This document shows positions 8,747 through 17,991 of a DNA stretch of 64,000 nt, one piece after another; position 1 is the stretch's first letter; the number at the start of each line of letters is the position of its first letter. Made by a program: the position numbers and the translations under genes. The stretch is taken from NCBI GenBank assembly GCA_023703555.1, contig CP097968.1, positions 765,168-829,167 on the forward strand, read 5' to 3'. The DNA is from SAR86 cluster bacterium. GTDB taxonomy: Bacteria > Pseudomonadota > Gammaproteobacteria > Magnimaribacterales > TMED112. Under the pieces are notes generated by a model that saw only the letters and a program-made list of their open reading frames with translations, was not told the DNA's origin and ran no database searches.

Positions 8747-9438
8747 CTGTTCCTTAAGAGCCTCAAAACTTTACCAAGACCAAATGAAGGGCTTGGGTCA
8801 AAAAAATGAGTGAGCATTGTAACTCTTTTTTCATTGTTTTTCATTTTAAAAGGTCTATTGCAATGGTAGGTCACTCTTCCTAAAAATAGTAAAGGGACAT
8901 TGTTAGAAAAGTCTAGGACAATAGGTTTTTGCTTTTCTGATAATTTTTTTATGCCATTTTTTGAATTAAATAATTTGAACCTTGCTTTGCCAATAATATT
9001 TGAAAATTCTTGGATTGGCTCTTTCCTTACTTTTGGAAAAATAATTAATTGGCCTGAATCTTCCTTGCCTGTATCTGGAATATTTACAGGAGTAACTAGA
9101 GTAAATATGTGAGAATCAAAGTGACCCCTGTATGCTTCTGATTCGTGAGTCTGATCACATACTCTTAAAATTCTATAGACATCATTTTTTTTTACATTTT
9201 CTTTTTTATACCCCAACTCAATAGCTATGTCCTCAAGTTCATTCAAAAAGCCGTCGAAATTAAAGCTAACTAAGTATTTCTCATGAAGGTTTGAGTTTTC
9301 AGAATAAATTTTTTTTTTGCTTTCTATGGCTTCCTTTGCTGCTAAATTAAATTTCAACTCAGGAACAAAGCAGTACCCTTCTTTAACTAAATTTTCTCTG
9401 CGGCTTTTATTTAAATACATTTTTTTTATACCAATCAA
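8743..9438 (-). CDS. Hypothetical protein; possible Fe(II)/2-oxoglutarate (PhyH-like) oxygenase
   Basis: 231 aa. It shows an HxD pattern (GHFDSH) and a distal His (TYHCN). The start resembles PhyH-type proteins (LVKEGYCFV). The evidence is weak and motif-level only. Confidence 0.3.
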   Translation of the reverse strand: MIGIKKMYLNKSRRENLVKEGYCFVPELKFNLAAKEAIESKKKIYSENSNLHEKYLVSFNFDGFLNELEDIAIELGYKKENVKKNDVYRILRVCDQTHESEAYRGHFDSHIFTLVTPVNIPDTGKEDSGQLIIFPKVRKEPIQEFSNIIGKARFKLFNSKNGIKKLSEKQKPIVLDFSNNVPLLFLGRVTYHCNRPFKMKNNEKRVTMLTHFFDPSPSFGLGKVLRLLRNR

Positions 9439-10357
9439 TGAACTCTACAATCCCATTTTCAAGAGAAAATTCAATTTTGCACCCTAATGCTTTTTCAATT
9501 TTCTTTGATGTGCCATGTGTTTTATATACATCAAGTGGATTACTTTTTCTATTTATGATTTTAGCACTTCTGCCAACTTTTTTCTGCAAAGCCAATAAAA
9601 GATCTGAAACTAAATAGGTCTTACCACTACATATATTAAAAATACTATGCCCTTGTGGTAAGGGTGTCTTAAGAAGACTATTCAAAGCCATTGTAACATC
9701 ACCAATATATGTAAAATCTCTTAAATTTTTACCCGAGTTATTTAGATAGATTTTTTTATTCTTCATAATTGAATCAAGAAAAATAAATGGTGCCATATCT
9801 CGACGTCCCCATGGGCCGTAAACTGAAAAAAATCTTAAGCCAATGATATTTACATTAAAAATCTTAGAATATTCTTCTGCTAGCTGCTCATTTATTTTTT
9901 TTGTTTTAGCGTAAAAACTTGTTTGAAAGCTAGAATTACTATTCTCTGAAACAGGGTAATTATCACAAGAATAGACGCTTGATGATGATGCATAAATCAA
10001 TTTCTCAGGTTTCTTAATTAGACACAAGTTAATTATGTTTCTAAACCCTATAATATTTGTTTTAAAATACAGATCAGGGTCTTTCATAGATGCTCTTACA
10101 CCTGCTTTAGCAGCAAGATGAACTATATAATCAAACCTAATATGTCCCAATTTCTTTTTTACATCATTTTCAGAAGAAATATCTAAATTGATAAATTTAA
10201 TTTCTTTTAACTTTTTAAGTTCACGTCTTCTTTCCTTTTGCTCCTCTTTTAGGTTGTTTTTTAAATCTACCGCATACACTTCAAGATTCTTTGGGAGGCT
10301 CTTTATAAAATTAAAACCAATAAAACCAAAACAGCCAGTAACAAGTATTTTTTTCAT
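9407..10357 (-). CDS. NAD-dependent sugar-nucleotide epimerase, UDP-glucuronate 4-epimerase-like
   Basis: 316 aa. It has KKILVTGCFGFIG, YAKTK (YxxxK) and FFSVYGPWGRRDMAPFIF...RDFTYIGDV. These closely match the UDP-GlcA 4-epimerase signature RFFTVYGPWGRPDMA as I recall it. Confidence 0.7.
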   Translation of the reverse strand: MKKILVTGCFGFIGFNFIKSLPKNLEVYAVDLKNNLKEEQKERRRELKKLKEIKFINLDISSENDVKKKLGHIRFDYIVHLAAKAGVRASMKDPDLYFKTNIIGFRNIINLCLIKKPEKLIYASSSSVYSCDNYPVSENSNSSFQTSFYAKTKKINEQLAEEYSKIFNVNIIGLRFFSVYGPWGRRDMAPFIFLDSIMKNKKIYLNNSGKNLRDFTYIGDVTMALNSLLKTPLPQGHSIFNICSGKTYLVSDLLLALQKKVGRSAKIINRKSNPLDVYKTHGTSKKIEKALGCKIEFSLENGIVEFIDWYKKNVFK

Positions 10358-11184
10358 AACTTAAAATAAATTCTAGATGCATTAAACAGATAAACAATGA
10401 AATAGCATGTCCCAATCACAATTCCTTTAGTCTTGCAAATATAGAAGAAAACATCTAAAGCTATTGAGATTTTATTGCTTGACCTTGACTCTGTAACTAC
10501 ATGGACTGCTGCCAATGTCTGCTTCAAGCAATCCCCTTCATAATTTCCAGAATTAATATACTGATAGAATCCCTTGTAGTCTTCATTTTTTTCTCCTTTT
10601 GCAGGGAATAAATGCAAAGAAGAAAGACTGCTGCTTCTTAACATCATGCTTATACAATACCCAATGCCTCGACTATACAGGAAATTTTTGCTGTGCAATT
10701 TATTTGGTGCTGTCTTTACTGTCGTAGTTTTGTCTTCAAGTACCCTAGTATAGTAGTGATAAGAAAATATTGATTTATTCTTATCCATAAATTGAACTTG
10801 GTTAAGTAATTTTTCTTGATACCATTCATCATCACTATCAAGGAAACATACGTATTTAGATCTACATAGTGATAAGCAATAATTTCTACAAAATCCAGGG
10901 CCAAAGTTCTCTACAGACCTGTAAAGATTAACTCTATTTTTGGAATCAGTATTTTTAATAATCTCCTTTAACTTCTCGAACTCTAAATCAGTAGAAAAAT
11001 CATCGACTATATGAACTCTATAATTTTGGAAACTTTGTGAAAATACTGACATTAATGCTCTCTTAATAGTAGCTGAAGCATTATAGTAAGGAATAATTAT
11101 TTCAACAGAAGATACTTTTTCATCAAAAAGATAATTTGATGAGCAAATATTTTTAAACTTACTATTAATATTTTTAATCTCCAT
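10354..11184 (-). CDS. Family 2 glycosyltransferase
   Basis: 276 aa. It has IIIPYYNASATIKRALMSVFSQSF...VHIVDDFSTD and FLDSDDEW (DxD). The only in-frame start is the ATG at 11184, which gives an 88-nt overlap with the upstream gene. Confidence 0.8.
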   Translation of the reverse strand: MEIKNINSKFKNICSSNYLFDEKVSSVEIIIPYYNASATIKRALMSVFSQSFQNYRVHIVDDFSTDLEFEKLKEIIKNTDSKNRVNLYRSVENFGPGFCRNYCLSLCRSKYVCFLDSDDEWYQEKLLNQVQFMDKNKSIFSYHYYTRVLEDKTTTVKTAPNKLHSKNFLYSRGIGYCISMMLRSSSLSSLHLFPAKGEKNEDYKGFYQYINSGNYEGDCLKQTLAAVHVVTESRSSNKISIALDVFFYICKTKGIVIGTCYFIVYLFNASRIYFKL

Positions 11185-11801
11185 TTTTTTGGTCTACGTT
11201 TTAAGATTATCTCACTGTACTGTCTTTCTCTAGCTATTTTTTTTTTGGAAGATAAGCCAGTTGTGTCAAAGTATATCGAATTATTTTTTACAAAATCTAA
11301 TTTATCTACACCTTTATTAAATTCACTGACTATAAGATTATAGTCAGACGCAATATCATAATTTAAATCATAATCTTCATGATTGGCTCTAAATATAATC
11401 CCTTGGTGGCAATATGCAGAGGAAAATAGGTGAAAAGTTGCTTTTTTATTTTTTTTTGCTGCATTTTGTGCCAAAAAAACTTCAAATAACATTGGCTTAT
11501 TGATAGTCGAATAGCCATCTCCCTCTATCCAATCTCCGCTGTTAAGATAATGAATATATTCCCCTTTAACTCTTCTTTTTGCCATATTCATTGCATCGTA
11601 GATACCTTTATCATCAGATTTTTTATAACTTATTAATTTGTTATTTAATCCAAAAATATAATTTTTTATTTGATTAGTGTTTGACCCATCTTGAATAATT
11701 ATTTCTTTAGGGGGTTTTTTAAGTCTCAAAATACTCTCGATAGTAAGCCTTAATTGGAAAAAATTATCTTTGCATAAGGTTACTACTGAAATATTTGACA
11801 C
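11097..11801 (-). CDS. Family 2 glycosyltransferase, WcaE-like
   Basis: 234 aa. ISVVTLCKDN...IIIQDGSNTN...DDKGIYDAMNMAKRRVKGEYIHYLNSGDWI parallels E. coli WcaE (VVDGGSNDGT...DNGIYDAMNKG...FLNSGD) as I recall it. Confidence 0.7.
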   Translation of the reverse strand: MSNISVVTLCKDNFFQLRLTIESILRLKKPPKEIIIQDGSNTNQIKNYIFGLNNKLISYKKSDDKGIYDAMNMAKRRVKGEYIHYLNSGDWIEGDGYSTINKPMLFEVFLAQNAAKKNKKATFHLFSSAYCHQGIIFRANHEDYDLNYDIASDYNLIVSEFNKGVDKLDFVKNNSIYFDTTGLSSKKKIARERQYSEIILKRRPKKWRLKILIVSLKIFAHQIIFLMKKYLLLK

Positions 11802-12619
11802 TATTTAATTATCCCAAATTTATACAAAACTTTTCTTTTTAGTGATATGAGAAATTTTGGCTTATATTTCTTAATCTTTGTAGGAACATAGCCATTCAAT
11901 GATTCAGGATAATATTTCTTTAAAAAAATATAATTTAATGGGTCATTCATAAATTCCTTCTTTATTGCCGAGCCAATATTTTGATTTCTATCTGATGTTG
12001 CTTTGTTAACAAAGTTATATGTTTCAATTTTGGAATTCATAAAGAGACTTGAATCTTTAAACTTTTTCATTTCCTTGCTTGAACTTTTCTGGACAGCTCT
12101 CTTTATAACTTCATCAGAGCAATCAATCTTAAAGAATCTCATTATTTTCTTTACTTCATTAAAAGGGTCGCTCAGAAGGTCTTCATACTTTATTACTACT
12201 ACAGGCTTAGATTCTGAACAGTGATTAATCCAGGAATTAGCATGCTCACCCCAAGTTCCAAAGTTATACCAATACTCCTCTGAAAAATCCTCAATATTTT
12301 TATAAAGTCCTGGAGCTTGAGCCTGTATAAATTCAAAATAACTACTTAAAACATCAAAACCATTTCTAATGACATAGATCGCACCTGACACCTTTCCAGC
12401 AAAATGTTCATTATATTGTGAATGCTCTTTAATGAATGCAGCACCATTAGAATTAAAATTTGATATATCAAGACGTTCTAGAACGCTCCAATCGGCGGGG
12501 ATTACAGAGGAAATATTTGAGTAGGTTAATTCAACATTTTGTTTGATTACATTTCCGATTAAGAATCTAAGCCATGTATTGCCTGACTTAGGAAAAGAGG
12601 AGATAGGAATTATATTCAT
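11801..12619 (-). CDS. PAPS-dependent sulfotransferase
   Basis: 272 aa. It has the 5'-phosphosulfate-binding loop [12 protein letters not shown] and a 3'-phosphate-binding-like [13 protein letters not shown], plus IKYEDLL. 1-nt overlap with the upstream GT. Confidence 0.75.
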   Translation of the reverse strand: MNIIPISSFPKSGNTWLRFLIGNVIKQNVELTYSNISSVIPADWSVLERLDISNFNSNGAAFIKEHSQYNEHFAGKVSGAIYVIRNGFDVLSSYFEFIQAQAPGLYKNIEDFSEEYWYNFGTWGEHANSWINHCSESKPVVVIKYEDLLSDPFNEVKKIMRFFKIDCSDEVIKRAVQKSSSKEMKKFKDSSLFMNSKIETYNFVNKATSDRNQNIGSAIKKEFMNDPLNYIFLKKYYPESLNGYVPTKIKKYKPKFLISLKRKVLYKFGIIK

Positions 12620-13179
12620 TTGAAAAATTTGTTATTTTTTTCAAGAAGTTTAAAACTTTCAATATCTCTAAATTTAATATGTTTAGCAGGATTTCCTCCA
12701 ACAATTGAATATTCTTCAACGTCCTTTGTTACAACACTTCCAGATGCTATGATGCTGCCTCTTTTTACAGTTACCCCAGGAAGGATTGTTACATTTGCTC
12801 CAATCCAAACAAAATCTTCAATTCTCACTTTTTTCAAAATAGATTCTTTGCTATAGGGAATTGATTCAGAATTATCATATTGATGGTTAGAGGAAAATAT
12901 TGTCAAGGATCTGGCTGTATGAACGTATTTTCCAATTTCAACTTTTCCTGAGCACTCAATAAAGGTATTTGATTTTAAATGTGATGTTTGATCAATTATG
13001 AAATCACCCTTTTTAGCAACTATCTCAATTCCTCCAGGACCCTGTGGATAAAAATTAATTTTTAAATTGTGCTTTCTCCCGAGCCTGAAAACATAAACTT
13101 TATTCAAGAATGTGGTTAATTTTTGCTGTAGCAAGTCTATATAAAAGTATGAAAGTATCTTGATAATAAGCCTTTTCAT
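12616..13179 (-). CDS. Left-handed beta-helix (hexapeptide repeat) O-acetyltransferase
   Basis: 187 aa. [44 protein letters not shown] is typical of Maa/LacA/WbbJ-type acetyltransferases. Confidence 0.8.
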   Translation of the reverse strand: MKRLIIKILSYFYIDLLQQKLTTFLNKVYVFRLGRKHNLKINFYPQGPGGIEIVAKKGDFIIDQTSHLKSNTFIECSGKVEIGKYVHTARSLTIFSSNHQYDNSESIPYSKESILKKVRIEDFVWIGANVTILPGVTVKRGSIIASGSVVTKDVEEYSIVGGNPAKHIKFRDIESFKLLEKNNKFFK

Positions 13180-13180
13180 A

Positions 13181-14908
13181 TTATTGAAGCCTACCCTTTT
13201 TCAGTTCAAAAACTCGATCGCATATTTCCAACATTTTTGGCCTATGAGAAATGATAACCATGGTAATATTTCCTTTTATTTCTAAAATTTTTCTTGCTAT
13301 CTCTTTCTCAGAATCAAGATCCAAAGAAGATGTAGGTTCATCTAAAATAGTCAAAGGTCGCTTATGATAAAGACTTCTAGCAAGAGCTATTCTTTGTTTC
13401 TGCCCGCCAGAAAGATTTGTTGCTGATTCATTTATTTTAAATTTCAAATCTAGATTTGCTTTGTTCAACATCTCTATAAAACCTGTTAGTTCAAGCACAT
13501 TCTTAAAATGTTTTTCATCCTTCTTTTTAAACATCAAAATATTTTCTTCTATGGATTCCTCAATTAAGAATGGGTCTTGCCCAATATAAGTAACAATTTT
13601 TTTTAAAGAACTAAAGCTATCAAATGGTTTCTTATTCAATCTAATCTCCCCTGAATTAGGATATAAAAATCCCATCATTAAATTCATTAAGGTACTTTTC
13701 CCACTTCCAGATTCTCCCTTAATTCCAATAACATCACCTGAATTGAGAGACATATTTAGATTAGATAATACATTCGTATTTGTATCTGGATACTTATAGT
13801 TAATATCTATTAACTCTAGTTTTTTAAATTCGGTGTCATTTTCAAATAATTGAACTTCATTATCGATTTCTTTTCTGTCTAATTTTAAATTTGAACTATC
13901 GTCATTAAACAACAAATCATAAATTTTGCTTAAAGCATCAACCCCAAAATTTATTTTCATTATGCTTGCAGCAAGTTGAAATAATATTGGTATCAATCTA
14001 ATTGATCCAGCTGCAAAAATTGTTAGGATTGGAAGCAAATCAGCAAGATCTCTTTCGAAATAGATCCAAAATGTTACCGTGCTGGCTAAGAAAACTACTA
14101 ATAAAAACTCAAAGAAATATTTCGGAAGCTGGCTAATAATAATAAAACTGGCTTCTGCATTTCCATAATTACGAGCATGTAGCATTATTTTTTTTAAAAA
14201 ATAATCATCAATATCAAATAGTTTTACTTCTCTTATTCCTCTAAACATTTGTTGTAAATAAGACACTACTGATGTTGCGGATAAATTACTAAATCTCCCG
14301 CTTTTTGACATTTTTGGTGAGAAAATAGTTGAATAAATTAGAAAGGCTAGCCCAAAAATAGTCAAGAAAATTAGTAAGACCTCAGGACCACTAAATAGAA
14401 ATACTATGCATACGAAAATACAGATTAAAATATCACTCACGACTCTCAATCCAGTAAGAAGTATTCCATCTGTAAATCTATTAACTAAGCTAGACATTGA
14501 ATAAATTCTTTCTGATGTTTTTTTACTTAAAAAGCTCAGGTAGTCCTCATACAGAAATTTCTTTGTCAATCTTTCTCTTAGCTTAAATTGTTGAGAATAG
14601 CCAAACCTTACAATCAAAAAATTAATTAAGATTGAAAAAACAGTCTTTCCAAGAAAAACTGAGAACAATATAACTGAAAGCCAAATAGGATCCAAAAGAA
14701 TTTGAGAAAGCCAAATCGGAAGCATTATCAAATATTCTTCTACAAATTCAGTCTGTTGACTTATGAGTGAAATGAAAACACCAATTAACGAGAGACCAAT
14801 TAAATCAAGAAACGACTGAAAAAGAAACAAAGTCAAGAAAAATGAATAATGGTACCATTTTAACTTCAATATTCTTTGAGATAATGAGATTATTTTAATA
14901 AAACTCAT
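13181..14908 (-). CDS. Fused TMD-NBD ABC exporter (MsbA/PglK-like half transporter)
   Basis: 575 aa. About 6 predicted TM helices at the N-terminus. Walker [10 protein letters not shown], signature [13 protein letters not shown] and Walker [13 protein letters not shown] are all present. Confidence 0.85.
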   Translation of the reverse strand: MSFIKIISLSQRILKLKWYHYSFFLTLFLFQSFLDLIGLSLIGVFISLISQQTEFVEEYLIMLPIWLSQILLDPIWLSVILFSVFLGKTVFSILINFLIVRFGYSQQFKLRERLTKKFLYEDYLSFLSKKTSERIYSMSSLVNRFTDGILLTGLRVVSDILICIFVCIVFLFSGPEVLLIFLTIFGLAFLIYSTIFSPKMSKSGRFSNLSATSVVSYLQQMFRGIREVKLFDIDDYFLKKIMLHARNYGNAEASFIIISQLPKYFFEFLLVVFLASTVTFWIYFERDLADLLPILTIFAAGSIRLIPILFQLAASIMKINFGVDALSKIYDLLFNDDSSNLKLDRKEIDNEVQLFENDTEFKKLELIDINYKYPDTNTNVLSNLNMSLNSGDVIGIKGESGSGKSTLMNLMMGFLYPNSGEIRLNKKPFDSFSSLKKIVTYIGQDPFLIEESIEENILMFKKKDEKHFKNVLELTGFIEMLNKANLDLKFKINESATNLSGGQKQRIALARSLYHKRPLTILDEPTSSLDLDSEKEIARKILEIKGNITMVIISHRPKMLEICDRVFELKKGRLQ

Positions 14909-14916
14909 AAGTTTTT

Positions 14917-15801
14917 TTAAAGGAGATCTTTATTATGGGATACGGCTACATTAAATATTTTTTTGATTCTGCGTAATGCCATTCTTGCTGAATAGGTATA
15001 ATAAATTAGTTGCCAACCAAGAGAATTTATTTGCTTTTTAATTTTCTTTAAGTCAGTTTTTAAAAATTTTAAAACTGAAACCCCATGATCAAAGTTCCAT
15101 ATATGCTCCTTACAGTCTGGCTTGCAGTACTTGATGATTCCAAGCAAGTGATTCTCAAACACCCAAACATCTTTTTGCGTAAAATTTCTTCGTAGTGAAA
15201 TTTCTGTATCGGAAGTTATATTTTCATCAACCTTATGGCCTATTTGATGAAGATGGAAAGTATCATCAACAATTCCATATCTCCCATTATTTTCTCTGAT
15301 AAGGTCTGCAATGACAATATCTTCATTACGAAATAAGTAATCATCCTCTAAACTCATTAATGAATCGTTAACAAATTTAGTTCTTCCCATTTGAGACCCT
15401 GATAGCGCTCTGAATTTAAAGCCCTCTCTTTTTTTCTTGTCCTCAATAGTGATGTTGTAATTATAAATTCTTTTACACTCAGCAAAATCGTAATGTTTCA
15501 TATTGCGCTCCATGATTTCAAACCAATCTTCCGGTAGAGTGACGTCAGCGTGTAAATATACAAAAAATTCTGTTGTGCATAATCTTATTAGGTCCCTGAT
15601 GGAACCGCCTTGGGATTGTAAGTTTATGTGATTTATTATCTTTACTTTATCAATAGACTCCAGATTTTTCCGGATATGGTCTGGAATACCTGCATCACCT
15701 ATTAGGATTCTATTTACTTTGCTAAAAATTGAAATCTTTTCTATATTTTCAATTAATTTATTGTTGTAACTTTTTAAGGGAATGATGACGTCTATTTTCA
15801 T
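14917..15801 (-). CDS. Hypothetical protein, possible GT-A-fold glycosyltransferase
   Basis: ORF 14917..15819. I chose the start at MKIDVIIPL (15801) because it forms an ATGA overlap with the upstream stop. The GT2-like N-terminus (IDVIIPLKSYN) and acidic motif (LHADV, EDD) are weak evidence. Confidence 0.4.
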   Translation of the reverse strand: MKIDVIIPLKSYNNKLIENIEKISIFSKVNRILIGDAGIPDHIRKNLESIDKVKIINHINLQSQGGSIRDLIRLCTTEFFVYLHADVTLPEDWFEIMERNMKHYDFAECKRIYNYNITIEDKKKREGFKFRALSGSQMGRTKFVNDSLMSLEDDYLFRNEDIVIADLIRENNGRYGIVDDTFHLHQIGHKVDENITSDTEISLRRNFTQKDVWVFENHLLGIIKYCKPDCKEHIWNFDHGVSVLKFLKTDLKKIKKQINSLGWQLIYYTYSARMALRRIKKIFNVAVSHNKDLL

Positions 15802-16850
15802 ATCTGTATTATATTCCAAGCATTTAAAGCAAATCCATAGAAAAGAAAAATAACTATTCCAGGCAAATTATGCTTTAATTTAAAAAGACAAATCATTGAT
15901 AAAAGCTCAATTAAAAAATAATAGTATAGTATCCTCGATCCCAGTTCATTCTCTTGAAATATTGCGAGAACCGCTAGGAATGCTATAAAAAAATACCTCA
16001 GTAAGAAAATAAATCTAAAAAGATTATTCTTGAATGCTATTGATTTTATAAGAGTTTCAGATAAACAAAAGTAAAAAAATACCGATACAACCTTTGAAAC
16101 TATTCCAGTTCTAGTTCCTTCGCCTCCTACCCCTATTGACCTCCCAAAATAGTTTGAATAGCCTGCAAAGTCAGCTAACTGGTAAAGTGTATAGTATGAA
16201 ATTATTGAAATTACAGTAAAAAAAAGTAGAGCAATAATTCTTGAAATAATTGAATTTATTTGGATATTTGTCTTATTCATTATAATTATCATGAACCACA
16301 TTATGTACATAATTGCAGACAAAAAAATTGAGGAAAAGTGAAACATAAAAGCAAAAAAAGTGAATAATAAGCTTATAAAATATTTCTTTTCTGACGTGTA
16401 AACTAAAGCAAGAATTAGAAATGATCCTGCAAAGCACTGCCTTATTGCGTTATTGACTCCGAGTGTAAAAAAAATAGAACCAATAATTAGCACTAATAGG
16501 TATATCAGATTCCTGTCTTTAGTAAAATATTTAGAATTCCATACTCTCACACTCGCAAAGAAAATCAGAATCGCTAATAGAAATTGAATAAATGCAATTA
16601 CTGCTCTATTTTCCTCAAAAATTAGACTTAAAAAGTAGACTAAATAAGCAAAGCCTGGTTCAAAGAAGAAGGGGTAATCTACAGTTAGAGTGTATGTATA
16701 CAAATCATAAGTATCTACCTTTAGTAAATATATTATCGAGATAAATACCAGTGAGAATGCTGCAAAAACAGATCTCATAGCTTTTTTTGTGCTCAAAAGA
16801 AGAAGCGCTAAGATATGTTGAAGAATGTATACGGCAGTTAAAATATTCAA
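15798..16850 (-). CDS. Polytopic membrane protein, Wzy/EpsG-like polysaccharide polymerase
   Basis: 350 aa with about 10 hydrophobic segments, Phe/Ile/Leu-rich. Its size and its position among GT genes fit an O-antigen/EPS polymerase. I recognised no diagnostic motif. Confidence 0.5.
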   Translation of the reverse strand: MNILTAVYILQHILALLLLSTKKAMRSVFAAFSLVFISIIYLLKVDTYDLYTYTLTVDYPFFFEPGFAYLVYFLSLIFEENRAVIAFIQFLLAILIFFASVRVWNSKYFTKDRNLIYLLVLIIGSIFFTLGVNNAIRQCFAGSFLILALVYTSEKKYFISLLFTFFAFMFHFSSIFLSAIMYIMWFMIIIMNKTNIQINSIISRIIALLFFTVISIISYYTLYQLADFAGYSNYFGRSIGVGGEGTRTGIVSKVVSVFFYFCLSETLIKSIAFKNNLFRFIFLLRYFFIAFLAVLAIFQENELGSRILYYYFLIELLSMICLFKLKHNLPGIVIFLFYGFALNAWNIIQI

Positions 16851-16851
16851 T

Positions 16852-17880
16852 TTAGATCAGATCAGAATATTTAATTTGCTGGTTATGCTTAATATTATTT
16901 TTTGCTTTTTTCCCAATAATCTTTTCATAATCCCAAGGAGGAATTTCTCCATTGCCTGGTCTTCTAACCCAAATATTCTCGTAAGTTATCTCATCTCCTG
17001 CTTTAATTTCCTTGTCTGCTACGACTGAAGCTCTAGCAAACCTATAAACATCTTCTTCTTCTTTTGTTCTGTTCTTAATATTTTGGCTTGCTATAAAAAT
17101 CTCTTTAGATTTTTCAATTAGAAATGATAGTTCTGATGGATTCATTGATGCTGCAATGTCTGGGCCTTCTCTATACATTGAATCTGTAAAATGTCTTTCA
17201 ATTATAGATGCTCCACAAGCCACTGATGCAAGTGCCATACTAGGGCCAATTGAGTGATCCGAAAATCCTATTACTGCATTAGGAAAATTTTCTCTTAAAA
17301 GTGCAATTCCTTGTAGTGAAACATTCTCAGGCGGGCTTGGATATAGGTTAGTACACTCCAGAAGAGCATAACGAATATTGCTAGAATCAAGTATTTCAAC
17401 ACTTCTTCTAAGAGAATCAATGGATTGCATTCCTGTACTCATGATTATCGGCTTACCGAAGCTAGCAATATGTTTAAGCAAAGGCAGATTATCACACTCG
17501 CCAGAACCAATTTTAAATGCAGGCACGTCTATACTTTGTAGAAAATCAGCTGCTGCTCTAGAAAATGGCGTTGAAATATAAATTAATCCTTGAGATTCAG
17601 TAAAATCTTTTAATTTAACCTCTTCTTCTTTGGTAAGAATGCATTCACTTATTACATCCCAGATTGATTTATCAGCATTTGGAGGAAATATTGATTTAGC
17701 CTCATCAGTCATCTCATCTTCAAGAATGTGTGTTTGATGTTTAATAATTTCGCACCCTGATTTTTTTGCAGCTAAGACCATTTTTTTTGCAACATCTAAT
17801 GATCCCCCATGATTAATTCCAAGTTCGGCAATAATCAGAGGTGGATTGCCTTGTCCTATATTTCTATGTTTTATTTTCAT
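16852..17880 (-). CDS. neuB: N-acetylneuraminate (nonulosonate) synthase
   Basis: 342 aa. PPLIIAELGINHGGSLDVAKKMV...IIKHQTH is the NeuB family signature. The C-terminal SAF domain reads ADKEIKAGDEITYENIWVRRPGNG. Confidence 0.85.
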   Translation of the reverse strand: MKIKHRNIGQGNPPLIIAELGINHGGSLDVAKKMVLAAKKSGCEIIKHQTHILEDEMTDEAKSIFPPNADKSIWDVISECILTKEEEVKLKDFTESQGLIYISTPFSRAAADFLQSIDVPAFKIGSGECDNLPLLKHIASFGKPIIMSTGMQSIDSLRRSVEILDSSNIRYALLECTNLYPSPPENVSLQGIALLRENFPNAVIGFSDHSIGPSMALASVACGASIIERHFTDSMYREGPDIAASMNPSELSFLIEKSKEIFIASQNIKNRTKEEEDVYRFARASVVADKEIKAGDEITYENIWVRRPGNGEIPPWDYEKIIGKKAKNNIKHNQQIKYSDLI

Positions 17881-17991
17881 TTTGTAAATCTTCTTTAAAA
17901 ATTTGCTTTAACCTTTCTTTTGGCGACATATTAATTTTATCAAACCTTAATGATTTAGTTTTTGAATATTTGATATTTAGGTTATCTAATT

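Noticed and set aside
1201..11246. Homopolymeric T10 tracts (A10 on the coding strand) inside island genes at 1201..1210, 9309..9318 and 11237..11246, considered as possible slipped-strand phase-variation switches
   Set aside because: In a genome this AT-rich, A/T runs encoding Lys stretches are expected by composition. I saw no poly-G/C or multi-nucleotide coding repeats in the GT genes. Population data would be needed before making this claim.
17881..17991. 111-nt gap upstream of neuB containing a 21-codon minus-strand mini-ORF (MSPKERLKQIFKEDLQNENKT) that overlaps the neuB start
   Set aside because: It is too short, has no recognisable ribosome-binding context and cannot be evaluated without conservation data. 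The gap is more simply an internal promoter or spacer region.
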